This document shows positions 44,942-56,410 of a stretch of 64,000 nucleotides of DNA, piece after piece. A program made the translations under genes and the position numbers. A model generated the notes under the pieces. It had not been told where the DNA came from. It did not search any database and saw nothing but the letters and a program-made list of their open reading frames with translations. Position 1 is the first letter of the stretch, and each line of letters opens with the position of its first letter. Source of the DNA: Naegleria gruberi (Eukaryota); assembly GCA_000004985.1 (NCBI GenBank), contig GG738891.1; one strand, written 5' to 3'.

Positions 44942-46558
44942 TTACCATTGAGCAAGAGCATCATAATCAGAATCAATATTATCCAATTCACCTAATTCTT
45001 CCATTACCAATCTCATAAATTCATCAGTTTTAGAGAAAACTCTCAATGCAGATAAATTATCACATGGTGTCTTTTGTAAATTTACAATACACATAATAGA
45101 TCCCTTATTTTTCAATGCCATTTTTGGAAGTTGAGCAGCTGGATTAACCATCATTGAAGTTCCCAATACAAGTGATAAATCAGACTTTTTAGAATGGTCA
45201 ATTGCATTGTCTAATTCCTTTTCAGGTAAAGATTCAGAAAAGTGAATAATTGTATCTTTGAGTTTTCCACCACATTCACAAAATCTTCCTGTCAAGTGAG
45301 TAGTATGACGTTGAACTGTCTTTAAAACATCAAATCCTCTCAAATATTCCTTTCCACAATCAGCACAAACTTCACGATAACAATTTCCATGTAATTCAGA
45401 TAATTCATCTGGAGTCAACCCACTTCTACGATGTAATCCATCAACATTGGTAGAAACTACATATTTCACAAAACCTAATTTGATTAAATGCTTAATAGCA
45501 TAATGTGTAAATGTTGGTAATGCTTGTTCAATATCAATTTTGGCAATTTCATTTTCCTTTCCTGAACTTTTCAATGTCCAAACTCCCTTAGGTCCACGAT
45601 AATCTGGAATTTTAGCACTTGTTGAAATACCTGCACCTGTATAAACAGTACAATGTTTACAATTCTTTAAAACTTGTGCCAATTGACTTGCTTTTTCTTT
45701 AAGAGTCATTTCATCTTCCATAAATTCACGAATATCTTCTGGAACACCTGTAATTGAATTAATCATATCAGAGTGGTCATTATTCTTTGGAAGAATTCTA
45801 TTACCAAAATCAATTTGATCATTATCACCAACAAAATCCAATAATGAAGATTCCTTAGTTTCTGATTGAGTTAATGAGGAAGAATTGAACTTTCTAATTT
45901 GATCGAGGAAATTACCAGAAGTAGTACTAGATGATTGTTCTCTCTTTGCTTTGAGTTTTTCTTGAATTTCTTTTGATTTCTTAATTGATTTTTCCTTTTT
46001 TGCTAACAATTCTTGTGGATCTTGACCTGAGAGAACTTTTTCATTGATGAATTTTTCCATTCTTCTTTCAAATTCTTGTTGAATTCTATCTTTGAAAGCC
46101 TTTTCTGATTTGGTGGAGACATATCCACAACCTTCACGAACTGCAACTTCTGTACTCATAATAATTCCATTTTTGGAATTTACAAATCTGGAAACAAATT
46201 GAATGGAACTTCTATTATCTTGTAAAATTGATTCATCAACTGATTGATAGACAAGAGATGAATCTAAAAGAATAATTCCACTTTCAGTTTCTAATCTAAA
46301 TTTAACATTTTGACAATCAATATTCGAAACTATTGCCAATTGATTACAGAAACTATTCAATAAATCATTAGTTAAAGCCAATTGATCAGTTACAATAAAT
46401 ACAATTTCACAATTATTCAAAGTATCTAATTGTAAAGTCTTAATCTTATTTGAACAATTAGAGTTCAATAAAATTGTGGAATTTTCACACTTGATAATTT
46501 CAACAAAACCAGTTGTAATTGAGTTGACTTTTGTAATAATAATAATTCCTTTTAGCAA
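44942..46558 (-). CDS. Sir2-family NAD-dependent deacylase (class IV, SIRT6/7-like) with a roughly 260-aa N-terminal extension
   Basis: Sirtuin motifs GAGISTSAKIPDYRGPKGVWT, the zinc-ribbon Cys pairs, HGNCYREVC and VVSTNVDGLH. The ORF's first 132 codons contain no ATG, so the annotated start at 46558 is a TTG. The true start is unresolved (see findings). Confidence 0.8.
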   Translation of the reverse strand: MLKGIIIITKVNSITTGFVEIIKCENSTILLNSNCSNKIKTLQLDTLNNCEIVFIVTDQLALTNDLLNSFCNQLAIVSNIDCQNVKFRLETESGIILLDSSLVYQSVDESILQDNRSSIQFVSRFVNSKNGIIMSTEVAVREGCGYVSTKSEKAFKDRIQQEFERRMEKFINEKVLSGQDPQELLAKKEKSIKKSKEIQEKLKAKREQSSSTTSGNFLDQIRKFNSSSLTQSETKESSLLDFVGDNDQIDFGNRILPKNNDHSDMINSITGVPEDIREFMEDEMTLKEKASQLAQVLKNCKHCTVYTGAGISTSAKIPDYRGPKGVWTLKSSGKENEIAKIDIEQALPTFTHYAIKHLIKLGFVKYVVSTNVDGLHRRSGLTPDELSELHGNCYREVCADCGKEYLRGFDVLKTVQRHTTHLTGRFCECGGKLKDTIIHFSESLPEKELDNAIDHSKKSDLSLVLGTSMMVNPAAQLPKMALKNKGSIMCIVNLQKTPCDNLSALRVFSKTDEFMRLVMEELGELDNIDSDYDALAQW

Positions 46559-47021
46559 ATGGTGATTGAATGAGTGCTGACATTTTTTGTTGATTGGAAA
46601 ATCTCTTTCAAAGGTTGAATAAGCGTTTTATTGAAAATAGCAGAGTTCCAATTTCATTGATTGTTGTTGAGGTTTCTAATAGAATTATCGGAAATGATGA
46701 ACTATGCTGGTGGTAGTATTGCACAATACAAAGTTCCGACTTCATTGCAATAGCTGAAAAGTAATTTCCGCTTATCCATCAAAATGAAACATTTCTATTG
46801 GTTGATTCTGCACCAATCTTTCAAACTTGTTACATTTCATCGACTAATTTATGATGGAAGCACATTACAACAACATTTTAGTTGAGGAATGGTTTCGCCT
46901 AGACATTAATCATATCTATCATGGTCCTGTGCTGTTAAGTTTAACAAAATAATTCTATCTAATAAACTATCAACACTATTTCTATTATTTCAATAAGTCC
47001 ATAATTGGTTTTTTTATATAA

Positions 47022-49275
47022 TTATTGTTTGCATTGACTTTTGTGAATTGGCCAATCAATACTTTGACAATCTTGTCCACAATATTTAACTTTTTTACAA
47101 TAACCACAAAGTAAATTCTTTTTCTTCTCCTTCTTTCCACAACAATCACATCTGTTCTTATCAAACTCAACTATTTCTCTATTAATATCAATATCAGTAT
47201 CAGCCTTAGCATACGAAAAGCCAATTGGAGGTTTTGCACCTTTTAAAATTGCTCCACGTATTGATAACAGGTTCATACAATTTGGAGAAAGATAAGGATC
47301 TCCAGACTTGACAGTTTCTTGAGCCCAATTTAAATACCTGGTAAATGACGTTGAATTTCCAATTTGTGGGTCTACAATAAGTCTGGGATATGATACAATT
47401 AGAGAAACTATAAAACTTGTAAGGTTTGATAATATGTGTGATTGACTTAAATTAGCAATGTCAATGAAATATAAAAATCCTCCCTTTGTTTTGTCTAATA
47501 TGTAGTGCAAAATTGACTTGTTTTCATGATCTTTGATATTCGCAAGATACATCACCAAAGCTGCTGAATATTTCACTAATCCTTGTTCTTCCTCTTTTAT
47601 AATCTTGACAGGTGGTGGTAAACGAAACTGTAAATTAGCTATACAAGTAAATGCAAGCTCTTTAGCTTTTTCGAAAGGAATTCTAGATTGAAATGATTGA
47701 AAGACGAAACAATTATTGAAAATATCCATACACGCTTTTGTAACTGCGATTGACTCATTCTTGTAATTGTTAAATATTGGATATAGCTTGTCTAAAATTT
47801 GATATTGTTTCTCCAACATGTTTCTAAAGCTTCCTGTTTGATTTTTGTAACACCATGAAAGCGTACTTAGAGCCATTTCCAAATTTTGGTGATGTGAATC
47901 TAATGTAATAAAGGGCATGCAAACATCTACGACTCCAAGATCATGCATTTTGTATGCAAAATCAACAGAAATATCCAACAATATTTGGAAATATTTTTGA
48001 AAATCTGAAATAACTCTTTCTTCAACAGTATTTGGACCATATTCCTTTAAATGTGAATCTATCCTTTTGATTACATCAGGTACAATACTGAGCCCTTTCT
48101 TTAATACATACATTATTCAAATCAATGTTGGGTTAAAACTTACATGAGTCATTAAAACAATTTTGTCTACATCTTCGTCTTCAACTAATAATAACTTAGA
48201 ATAAAGATAACAGGAAGCACTGTGAAATTCAGTATCCTTTTTTGAAAATCTGATTGCCTGTAAGAATATATTACATAATTTACCAATATGGAAATCCTGT
48301 AGCTGTTTGATAACTGGCCAAAACTTGTTTTGAAATACTGCATAAAATAGTCTAAAACCTAATACAGAAATTGTATAATATTTCTTGCTTTTGTTTCTCA
48401 CAAACATTAAATCGTTGAGTAATTCCTTAACCTTTTGTGATACTTCAAATCTATGTCTTGTAATTGGATCCATAAGAAAGAAAATGTTACCAAACATGAT
48501 GAGCAGAGGTTTCAAATTTTCATCGCAAAGATCATCGCTGTAGGAAAGGCAAGTAACAAAAAACTGATCTAAATTTGAAACATTCATCGCTTTTCTTGAA
48601 AAACATTCTCTATTACAAACCATTAGTGTTATGGCCTCAGATTCTTCCTTTGTTGGCTGATTGTTCTTACATTTTGACATTAATCCGTCAAGTAATTCAT
48701 TACACTTTTGACGAAGGTCTCTTTCATTCAAACATCCATATGTCTTTACCCAATTAAAACTGTTGTAATTACTTGGTAACATCAAAGAAGATTCAGTGAT
48801 GGAAAATAACTTATCAGCTGGTTCGTCAATAGGAAGGGATGAAACACTATCAACAAATGCATCTATTCCATTTTTAGGTTTGGTTTCAAGTGCTTTCTTA
48901 ACTTCTTCCTTTAAAGATTTCAATATTTTTCTTCCTTCATCATCATTAACTCTTTTACAATTTTGTAATCCCAATATACAAACAGTATTAGCTTCTTCAA
49001 ATCTAGTCAATAATAAAAGAATTTTAGCTTTTCTTGAATAAGCCTTGTACCACTTGTTATCTAATGAAAGTGATTTGTTTGCGTCTTCCAAGGCTTCGCG
49101 ATATTTTCCCATCTGAATATACGTTTGTGCTCTATTTCCTAAATAAACAGAATTGTTGGGATCCAATTCAATAGCCTTGGAATAGTGAGTAAGGGCCTGA
49201 AGAAAATTCTTATCTCGGAAAAAATCATTCCCCAATTTCTTTTCCTCTTCAGCTTGAACAATATTGTTGTTCATT
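47022..49275 (-). CDS. TPR-repeat plus C-terminal MYND zinc-finger protein, 2 exons
   Basis: ORF 48117..49394 carries TPR repeats (NDFFRDKNFLQALTHYSKAIELDPNN...). It joins ORF 47022..48098 through a 45-nt intron at 48099-48143 (GTAAGT..AAG, phase 0), giving ...VLMTH|KGLSIVPDV.... The C-terminus has the MYND finger CDCCGKKEKKKNLLCGYCKKVKYCGQDCQSIDWPIHKSQC. The likely start is ATG 49275 (MNNNIVQAEEEKK). Confidence 0.65.
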
Positions 49276-49670
49276 TTTTTTGTGCACGAGAGCTTAATGT
49301 AAATGTTAAGGCAGTGTAGGCAACAAAACACTTGAAACCAGAAAGCGGTTCGAGGAAAATTCATGTGATGGAGTGAGACAGAGAGAAAGTCCAATCACAG
49401 TGTGTATCTATTTGTTGAATGCTTAATGTGGCAGAAGGTAACCCCACTTCAAGAAATGCAGTTGTACGACATTTACGTACTAGAGATTAGAGATGGGGAA
49501 TAAAACTAGCTTTATGTTTCGAGGCTAATTGGAATTTGGATAGAAGACAACTTTACACAAGATGCCATGTTTGCTAATGTTGGATAGAATCTAATTGGAA
49601 GAATCGAAATGATCATCGAATGTTTATTTAAAAATACGCGCAAAAACTGGTCTTTCAAAAACAAAACAAA

Positions 49671-50201
49671 ATGCAATCAAATCCTATTGAAACTCACCAA
49701 AATACTTCATCAAATATTAAACAATACTTTGAAAATTGGAGGAAATTAATCAAATCTAATCCAGTTGTTACCGCTCAAGTAATAATCATTGCTATCATGT
49801 TGATACTTTTTATAATATCAACATTCGGACAAAGTGAAAGAGATATCAGTTCTGCTACATGTTTATTGGCTGTCAAGTTTGTTTTACCATTCTTTTCGTG
49901 TATATTTTGTTTGGCTAGGAGTAAGCTCTTGGTAGGAGTGATGGCCTTCCTTTCATTAATCTCACTCACTGCAGGAAGTTTATGTGCATTCTTGATCATG
50001 TATCCATTCCATGGTAAGGTTGTGGAAGACCCATTAATTAGTGGTCCTGCTTGGGGAATTATGGGATTTGAAGTCGTTTCATTTTCTTGTCAAATTGTAA
50101 TGATTTTCTGGATTAGGTCCATTGAAAAGACACCTAGTGAAACAATGAGTATTCCACAACAAGAACAAGTACAACTTAATGACGAAGAAGATCAAGTTTA
50201 A
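49671..50201 (+). CDS. Hypothetical 4-TM small membrane protein (176 aa)
   Basis: ACAAAACAAAATG start. Four hydrophobic helices and an acidic C-terminus. The stop is 1 bp from the stop of the convergent F-box gene. Confidence 0.4.
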   Translation: MQSNPIETHQNTSSNIKQYFENWRKLIKSNPVVTAQVIIIAIMLILFIISTFGQSERDISSATCLLAVKFVLPFFSCIFCLARSKLLVGVMAFLSLISLTAGSLCAFLIMYPFHGKVVEDPLISGPAWGIMGFEVVSFSCQIVMIFWIRSIEKTPSETMSIPQQEQVQLNDEEDQV

Positions 50202-50202
50202 T

Positions 50203-52104
50203 TTACTTTTTAGGTTTTTCTTTTCTAATAAACTCAATAGTATTTTCACTATCCTCACAATTTGAATAAGTTTCTAAATATTTCAGAGAGGGCATTAGTT
50301 TCTTAAGAGAAGGTAGATTTAAATCATTAGACCTCCAAAAGAATGTTTTTAAACATAAATATTCCACATTACTGAATACACCAGAATTAGGAACATCGAT
50401 CATAAATAATTTCTTGGAATCAATAATTCCAACTAATTGAACTGAACGAAGTTCCAATTCTTCTACATGATCTGGAATATTCATTTCAATGGAAGTGTTT
50501 TTAGCAGCCTGTAAGGCCAAATTGTTAATAGATTTCATTCGCTTTAACATTTTCTCAACCTGAGCTGACTTTAGGGATGTTTTTGTAAAATTGTTAATTT
50601 TTAAAATGTGAAGATTTGGAAATGTTGAAGGATCTAAAATATCTAATAATGTTTTTGATAAGTTAATTTTTGTAAAAGTTATTCCTCTAACACACTCAGA
50701 AAGTGAATTCAAGATGGTGGCGACGAAATCTGGACTACAATCTTCTAATGTTACGTATTCAACAACTTTCAAAACCTGATCAAGAATTTTCTTATCTGGA
50801 AGACCTTCATTCTTTTTAAAGTTTTTGCATGTGATTTCTTTCAAGCATTGATTTGTTGAAGGCAATTTCTTAAGGCAGTCATAACCAATTGATTCTCCAT
50901 TCACAATCATAGAAACCAAGTTTGGTACATATTTGATCATTGAGTCATGATTAACATAGGCCCTCTTTACAAATGGGCAATCTAATTTTACAATTACTGT
51001 AACATGCTCTAAATCTATTAAATCCCAAGCCATAGTAGGTTCCTTTACATTCAGTACAGCAATATCATTTAGACCTAAACTTGAAAGTTGTTTAGAATCA
51101 ATGCTTAAATTTTCTGATCTAAAAACAGTACATTTCTCCAAAGTTGGGCACTGAATCACTATATTGGAAAAGTCACTTATATGTAAGCTTGTGATAGTTG
51201 GGTGGGATATTGTAATCTCTTTGGTTTTTTTGTGATGGGATGTTATACAAAGATGTGTAAGGGTTGGAAACTGCTTCAAAGCACTTGATGCCTTGGAGAA
51301 TACATTGAGTATGAAAGGACTTGAATGACAGCTCAATGATTTTAACTTGTCAAAAACAGTATCTGTTCTCTCGAATATCGTACAGTAAGCCGAAATGTCA
51401 TCCTTTTCTGGGGCAGCATTTTTTGAGTGATCAAGGGGTATGGCCTTTGCCTTAATGTTATGCTTGTTTACCATATTTTCAATACCTGGAATTCTGGTAT
51501 AAGTTTTGATTGCATCAATTCTAAATGTAATGTACTTTTCAAAAAAAATCATTTCACTTTTAACATCAATTGGATATTCATAATGAACAAGTGCTTGTGG
51601 CAATTCACTCGCTTGTTTCCACAATTTGCAAACTCTATTAATTTGAACAAATTCCTTAACTGGAAGGTATGAAAATATGATAGCCCATATTTCTGGAATA
51701 TCAAGTTTAAAAAGAAAGTAACTATCCTGAGAGGGATTAATTGTTCGAATAGAATTGGACGTCATGAACATGTCTGCTTGCATTACAGAAACCAAAAACT
51801 CATCAGTCACTTGTTTCAAATGTTTAACAATATTAATTGACAATTCTTTTTGTTTCAAATTAGTTTCATCAGAAAAGAGCCTTCGGAGAGAGTCTTCATC
51901 CTTTAATTTCTTGACTGTCTGTGCCATCCATTGAACAAAATCATCCGATGATGTCTCACACTCAATCAAAACTTGATCACTATTCTTCTCTTTAATTTCT
52001 TCATCAGTACTTGATGATTGTTTCACCTTTTTTACTTCTACTTCACAAGCAGAATCTGCTTCCGTAATCTTTCTCTTACTGGCCACTTTTTTGTGTGGTG
52101 GCAT
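50203..52104 (-). CDS. F-box/LRR-repeat protein
   Basis: N-terminal region F-box motif IPEIWAIIFSYLPVKEFVQINRVCKLWKQ, followed by leucine-rich repeats to the C-terminus. 633 aa. The start has an A-run context. Confidence 0.6.
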   Translation of the reverse strand: MPPHKKVASKRKITEADSACEVEVKKVKQSSSTDEEIKEKNSDQVLIECETSSDDFVQWMAQTVKKLKDEDSLRRLFSDETNLKQKELSINIVKHLKQVTDEFLVSVMQADMFMTSNSIRTINPSQDSYFLFKLDIPEIWAIIFSYLPVKEFVQINRVCKLWKQASELPQALVHYEYPIDVKSEMIFFEKYITFRIDAIKTYTRIPGIENMVNKHNIKAKAIPLDHSKNAAPEKDDISAYCTIFERTDTVFDKLKSLSCHSSPFILNVFSKASSALKQFPTLTHLCITSHHKKTKEITISHPTITSLHISDFSNIVIQCPTLEKCTVFRSENLSIDSKQLSSLGLNDIAVLNVKEPTMAWDLIDLEHVTVIVKLDCPFVKRAYVNHDSMIKYVPNLVSMIVNGESIGYDCLKKLPSTNQCLKEITCKNFKKNEGLPDKKILDQVLKVVEYVTLEDCSPDFVATILNSLSECVRGITFTKINLSKTLLDILDPSTFPNLHILKINNFTKTSLKSAQVEKMLKRMKSINNLALQAAKNTSIEMNIPDHVEELELRSVQLVGIIDSKKLFMIDVPNSGVFSNVEYLCLKTFFWRSNDLNLPSLKKLMPSLKYLETYSNCEDSENTIEFIRKEKPKK

Positions 52105-52236
52105 TTTTTAGTTTCACCGATTAGCAACAAACATCTCGATTTTGTAATCGAATAATGTTGATTGATTCTTGTTCGAAAAATACAAATTTACGAATGTTGT
52201 TTTGGCGCCATTTTTGTTTTTCAATTTTAAAAAAAA

Positions 52237-53931
52237 ATGTACAGTAATGATCCTTTTGATGATGGGGAAAGAGTGAATCGTTTCTCTTCATTTGAACAGT
52301 CGGAGCCAGCGTTTGATGAGAGGATGATGGAAGATAGACAACAATCATTTGGTGGTCCTTCTTCAAACTCAGCCTTGGATCCAGCCCTTAGAGCTCTTAT
52401 TAAATATAGAAGAAGAAAATTTACAGAGTCTGTGGATGCTTGTAATCAGTTATTATCCAAAAATTATAAGGATATGTCCATGTGGTATATAAAATGTAGG
52501 GCGTTGACTGCTAAAATGTGGATTGATGATACAGAAATGGAAGATGAAGGTATTGCTGATATTTTACTTGATGAAACATCGGTAACAACAGCTCCTCGTC
52601 CTGGAACTTCTCTTAAAAGACCACACACTAATTCATCAGGCAAAAGAAGTGCCAATCCGAGTGTCAGACCTCAAACTAAGGATGGAAGACCAATCACTGG
52701 TTTTTCAAGACCTGGTACCAATAGCGGAAGAAACACTGCAAGTAGAGGTGGGACAGGAACACAAAGTAGAGGTGGAACTTCAAGTATTGAAAATATATTT
52801 AAAGGTGCAAGACCTGGAACAACAAGACCAGTTACTACAACAGGTAGATTTGTTCGTTTGGGTACTGCCTCAATGAAAATATCTGGACTTGATCAAGAAT
52901 ATGCAATTTCAACAGAACATATTGATTTGAAAAAGTATGCTGCTATTCCTCCTCTTGCTAAAGCATTGTATGACTATTTTATAGTTGTGGAACATGATGT
53001 AAAAAAAGCATTAGAATTGGCTTCTTATGCTACAATTGAGGCTGAATTTAAGGATTGGTGGTGGAAGGCTCGTCTCGGAAAATGTTACTACCAATTGGGT
53101 TTATTGAGAGAAGCTGAAAAACAATATAGATCTGCAATCAAGAGCCAGCACATGATTGCAACATGCTTGGAATTAGGCAAAGTTTTCCTACGATTGGATC
53201 AGCCTAATAAGGCTTTAGAAGAATACGAGTCAGCATGTTTGAAATTCCCAAATGATACACATTTGATACTAGGTATTGCAAGAGTTTATGATAGTATGAA
53301 CGATCTGGACAAGGCCATTCAATATTATGAAAAAGTGCTGCATCTTAACAGTAGTAACGTTGAAAGTATTGCTTGTTTGGCAGGTAACTATTTCTATGAA
53401 GATCAACCTGAAGTAGCTATCAGACTGTACAGAAGATTGATTCAAATGGGTGTTAATAATTCAGAATTGTGGAACAATTTGGGACTTTGTTGTTTCTACG
53501 CTTCTCAATATGATATGGTATTCTCATGTTTTGATAGAGCTCTCCAATTAGCTGAAGATAATAATGAAGCAGAAGTGTGGTACAATATTGGTCAAGTTGC
53601 CATTGGTATTGGTGATGTTGGTCTTGCATATCAGTGTTTCAAGATTGCCACAAGTATTGACAATGAACATGCAGAAAGCTTTAACAATTTGGGTGTTTTA
53701 GAATTGAGAATGGGCAATACAGAAGAAAGTAAGAATTACTTTGCTCAATCAATGGCTCTTGGACCAAGTCAACACGAACAAATATTCAACAATGCCTTAT
53801 TATCATTCAAGAGAGGCAATCACCAACAAGCTCACGAACTTGTATTGAAGATTCTGAAAGATATTTATCCTGAACATGCTGATTCTCAGGAATTGAGGAA
53901 GAAATTAGAAGCCAAATATTTAATGCTCTAA
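52237..53931 (+). CDS. TTC8: Bardet-Biedl syndrome 8 protein (TTC8), TPR-repeat BBSome subunit
   Basis: Near-collinear matches to human BBS8: RPGTSLKRP, GRPITGFSRPGT, GRFVRLGTASM, KDWWWKARLGKCYYQLGLLREAEKQ, LDQPNKALE, FYRRLIQMGVNNSELWNNLGLCCFYASQYDM, VWYNIGQVAIGIGDVGLAYQCF. 564 aa, intronless. AAAAAAAAATG start. Confidence 0.9.
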   Translation: MYSNDPFDDGERVNRFSSFEQSEPAFDERMMEDRQQSFGGPSSNSALDPALRALIKYRRRKFTESVDACNQLLSKNYKDMSMWYIKCRALTAKMWIDDTEMEDEGIADILLDETSVTTAPRPGTSLKRPHTNSSGKRSANPSVRPQTKDGRPITGFSRPGTNSGRNTASRGGTGTQSRGGTSSIENIFKGARPGTTRPVTTTGRFVRLGTASMKISGLDQEYAISTEHIDLKKYAAIPPLAKALYDYFIVVEHDVKKALELASYATIEAEFKDWWWKARLGKCYYQLGLLREAEKQYRSAIKSQHMIATCLELGKVFLRLDQPNKALEEYESACLKFPNDTHLILGIARVYDSMNDLDKAIQYYEKVLHLNSSNVESIACLAGNYFYEDQPEVAIRLYRRLIQMGVNNSELWNNLGLCCFYASQYDMVFSCFDRALQLAEDNNEAEVWYNIGQVAIGIGDVGLAYQCFKIATSIDNEHAESFNNLGVLELRMGNTEESKNYFAQSMALGPSQHEQIFNNALLSFKRGNHQQAHELVLKILKDIYPEHADSQELRKKLEAKYLML

Positions 53932-53961
53932 ATAAATTGTCAATAAACCAATATTTAAAAA

Positions 53962-55725
53962 ATGCAACAATCTAGTCGGAGATTAATCTCCAAATTACGA
54001 GCATCACCTTCACTACTTCGGAGGAAAACAAATAATATTTCTTTATCATCAAATTATTCTTCTTCTTTTCATCGATCCATTATTAAACAAAATACTAATA
54101 ATAATAGCAATAATACTGTGGAAATAATTAATGAAGAAAAGGCTAAAGAACCTATTAAACTTCTTCAAAGAACAATTTCCTATCCAATTTATGAATCATT
54201 AGAATTTAATGATAAAACTCATCTAGTCTATCAAAAGGAATTTAAATTATTGGAATCAAAATCTTTAAATTTAGAAATTAATACACGTAATATGAATGTA
54301 GAAATTTGTAATTATCAAGATGATGATAGTGATTCTATTAAAATTGAAATATATACACATAATTGTAATCCATATTCATGGTATGATTTAAATAATACAC
54401 CACAAGGCTTCTTCTCCGATTATAAAATTGAACATTTATTTAGAGATTTAACAAATACATTGAGAATTAATGTTCATCAAGCACCAGTTCCTTCTCTTTT
54501 CTATAGACATAAATTATTTAATCAAACTATTGATAATGTATTTCTTCCTAATGAAGTTTCTAAATTTATTGAAAGTAGAACTAAATTTACAACAATGAAA
54601 GTTTATTTACCTAAAGAAAATAATTCAATTAAAGTTGAAACTGATATTGGAAATATTATATTTAGAAATTTGAAAAATTTAAATGAATGTTTTGTAAAAT
54701 CATCATTTGGATCATTATATATTGATAAAGATGGCATTGATAATGTAAAAAAATTTAATTTGGAAATGTTATATGGATCTTGCTTTATTAAGAAAGTATC
54801 TAATGTGGAAAATTTGAAAATTAATCATTTATTTTCACTTATAGATCATTTTGGACGTGGAGCTGGAATTTTAGCATCAAATTCAATTACATTAGATAAT
54901 ATTGATTCAAATTCTAATGTAAATATTCATACAATAGATCCAATAGATATATTTGTTAATCAGATTAGTCTTACAAATAATAATACTCTATCAATTTCAT
55001 GTAGAACTAAAGATGGTACTTTATTTACGTATACTTCAAATGGAATTCAAGTTTTTGTATCTGATGAAGTCAATTCAGGCACAAATTCAAAACTTAAAAT
55101 ATTCTCAGATTCTAATCCAATTACTTGCTATTTTGATAAGAATTCTGTTGTAAATTATAAAGTACAGGCTGTTTCACAAAGAAGTGATGTCTCAGTAGAT
55201 TACAACAATATAATATTTGATGGAAGTGATGTTGTGAATAGTGTGAATGGAACAATTGTTAGTAGAAAAGATACTAAACGATTACATCTTCTCAATCAAT
55301 CAATAATTGATTCTCCTCAAGAAGAAAATATTGATACTACTGCTACTGATTTATCCTCATTAACTGAATGCCCAATTGGTGGTGATGTATCAATGACTTG
55401 TAGACATTCACAAATTCACATTAAACAATATGAATATCTTTTATTGGGTGATGGTGAACAAGGTGCTGATTCTGATTTGAGTACAAGACGATTACTCTAT
55501 CAGAAACAAAGTACCTCAGAGTATTATATTGAACTTTTGGATTATAGAATTGCAAAGAGAGATGCTTTTGTTTACGTTTCCATAGCTGTTTTATTGATAA
55601 TTTATGTTTCCATTATCAAATTTTATTCAATTCCAACATTTGAAAAGCAAGCTTGGTTGAACAATAGTGGAATGGCTTCAACGATGGGAAATCCAACTGA
55701 GGCTTTAAGACCAAACACTAAATAA
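53962..55725 (+). CDS. Hypothetical protein: R/S-rich presequence-like N-terminus, large beta-rich N/S/I-rich region, single C-terminal TM helix
   Basis: 587-aa ORF with AAAAAATG start only 30 bp after the TTC8 stop. The C-terminal hydrophobic segment is AFVYVSIAVLLIIYVSIIKFYSI. No confident family. Confidence 0.4.
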   Translation: MQQSSRRLISKLRASPSLLRRKTNNISLSSNYSSSFHRSIIKQNTNNNSNNTVEIINEEKAKEPIKLLQRTISYPIYESLEFNDKTHLVYQKEFKLLESKSLNLEINTRNMNVEICNYQDDDSDSIKIEIYTHNCNPYSWYDLNNTPQGFFSDYKIEHLFRDLTNTLRINVHQAPVPSLFYRHKLFNQTIDNVFLPNEVSKFIESRTKFTTMKVYLPKENNSIKVETDIGNIIFRNLKNLNECFVKSSFGSLYIDKDGIDNVKKFNLEMLYGSCFIKKVSNVENLKINHLFSLIDHFGRGAGILASNSITLDNIDSNSNVNIHTIDPIDIFVNQISLTNNNTLSISCRTKDGTLFTYTSNGIQVFVSDEVNSGTNSKLKIFSDSNPITCYFDKNSVVNYKVQAVSQRSDVSVDYNNIIFDGSDVVNSVNGTIVSRKDTKRLHLLNQSIIDSPQEENIDTTATDLSSLTECPIGGDVSMTCRHSQIHIKQYEYLLLGDGEQGADSDLSTRRLLYQKQSTSEYYIELLDYRIAKRDAFVYVSIAVLLIIYVSIIKFYSIPTFEKQAWLNNSGMASTMGNPTEALRPNTK

Positions 55726-55742
55726 ATTAAATATTTAATTTC

Positions 55743-56393
55743 CTACTTGTTGAATAATGAATAGTAACAAATAATAATACATGTAAATACTGTAATAGAA
55801 AGTGTTACTAATTTAACAATTTCAAAATCTTGTAAGTTTCCAACTGGTATATCTACTGATATTATTTGAGTATTTTCTGAATTGATAATATTAAATTCCT
55901 TTCCATCAATATAGAAAATTGTTGGGATATTAATTTGCACAGTTGTGAAAGATTCAGTTGAGCTTGGAAATTGATATCTAAAATGTATTGGATATTTAAA
56001 AGTAACAGTGAATTCATTTCCACTTTGTTTTACAATCTTTGACAATGTGACATTATGTTCAGTACTAGAATATGATGGTGCCTCAACATTGATATAATAT
56101 TGATGTTTGGGTAAGAGAATTTCTTTCATATTATTAATTTCATAAATATCAATATAAATATCCTTTGATAATTTTTCCACATAGGAAATATTCATCAATT
56201 TACCAACAGCACTGTTCTCGGAATTATTTAATTTAATTCTAAATGTGCTAATTAATTCTCTGTGAAATCCTTGTTTTGTTAATTCCCTAGATATTAAAGA
56301 TACTTCTTGTGTAGTAACAAATTCTAGTTGTTGAATAAATAAAAGAGTGCCAATAATTAACATAATAGTGTTCCGAATAATCTTATTGTACAT
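55743..56393 (-). CDS. Type I membrane protein, possibly PIG-X/PBN1-like (GPI mannosyltransferase accessory subunit)
   Basis: 216 aa with an N-terminal signal/anchor (IMLIIGTLLFIQQL), a luminal domain containing PIHFRYQFP, and a C-terminal TM (LVTLSITVFTCIIICYYSLF). The PIG-X assignment is from memory of an H-x-R-Y-x-x-P motif and is weak. Confidence 0.3.
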   Translation of the reverse strand: MYNKIIRNTIMLIIGTLLFIQQLEFVTTQEVSLISRELTKQGFHRELISTFRIKLNNSENSAVGKLMNISYVEKLSKDIYIDIYEINNMKEILLPKHQYYINVEAPSYSSTEHNVTLSKIVKQSGNEFTVTFKYPIHFRYQFPSSTESFTTVQINIPTIFYIDGKEFNIINSENTQIISVDIPVGNLQDFEIVKLVTLSITVFTCIIICYYSLFNK

Positions 56394-56410
56394 TTTTTTA
56401 ATTTAGTTTT

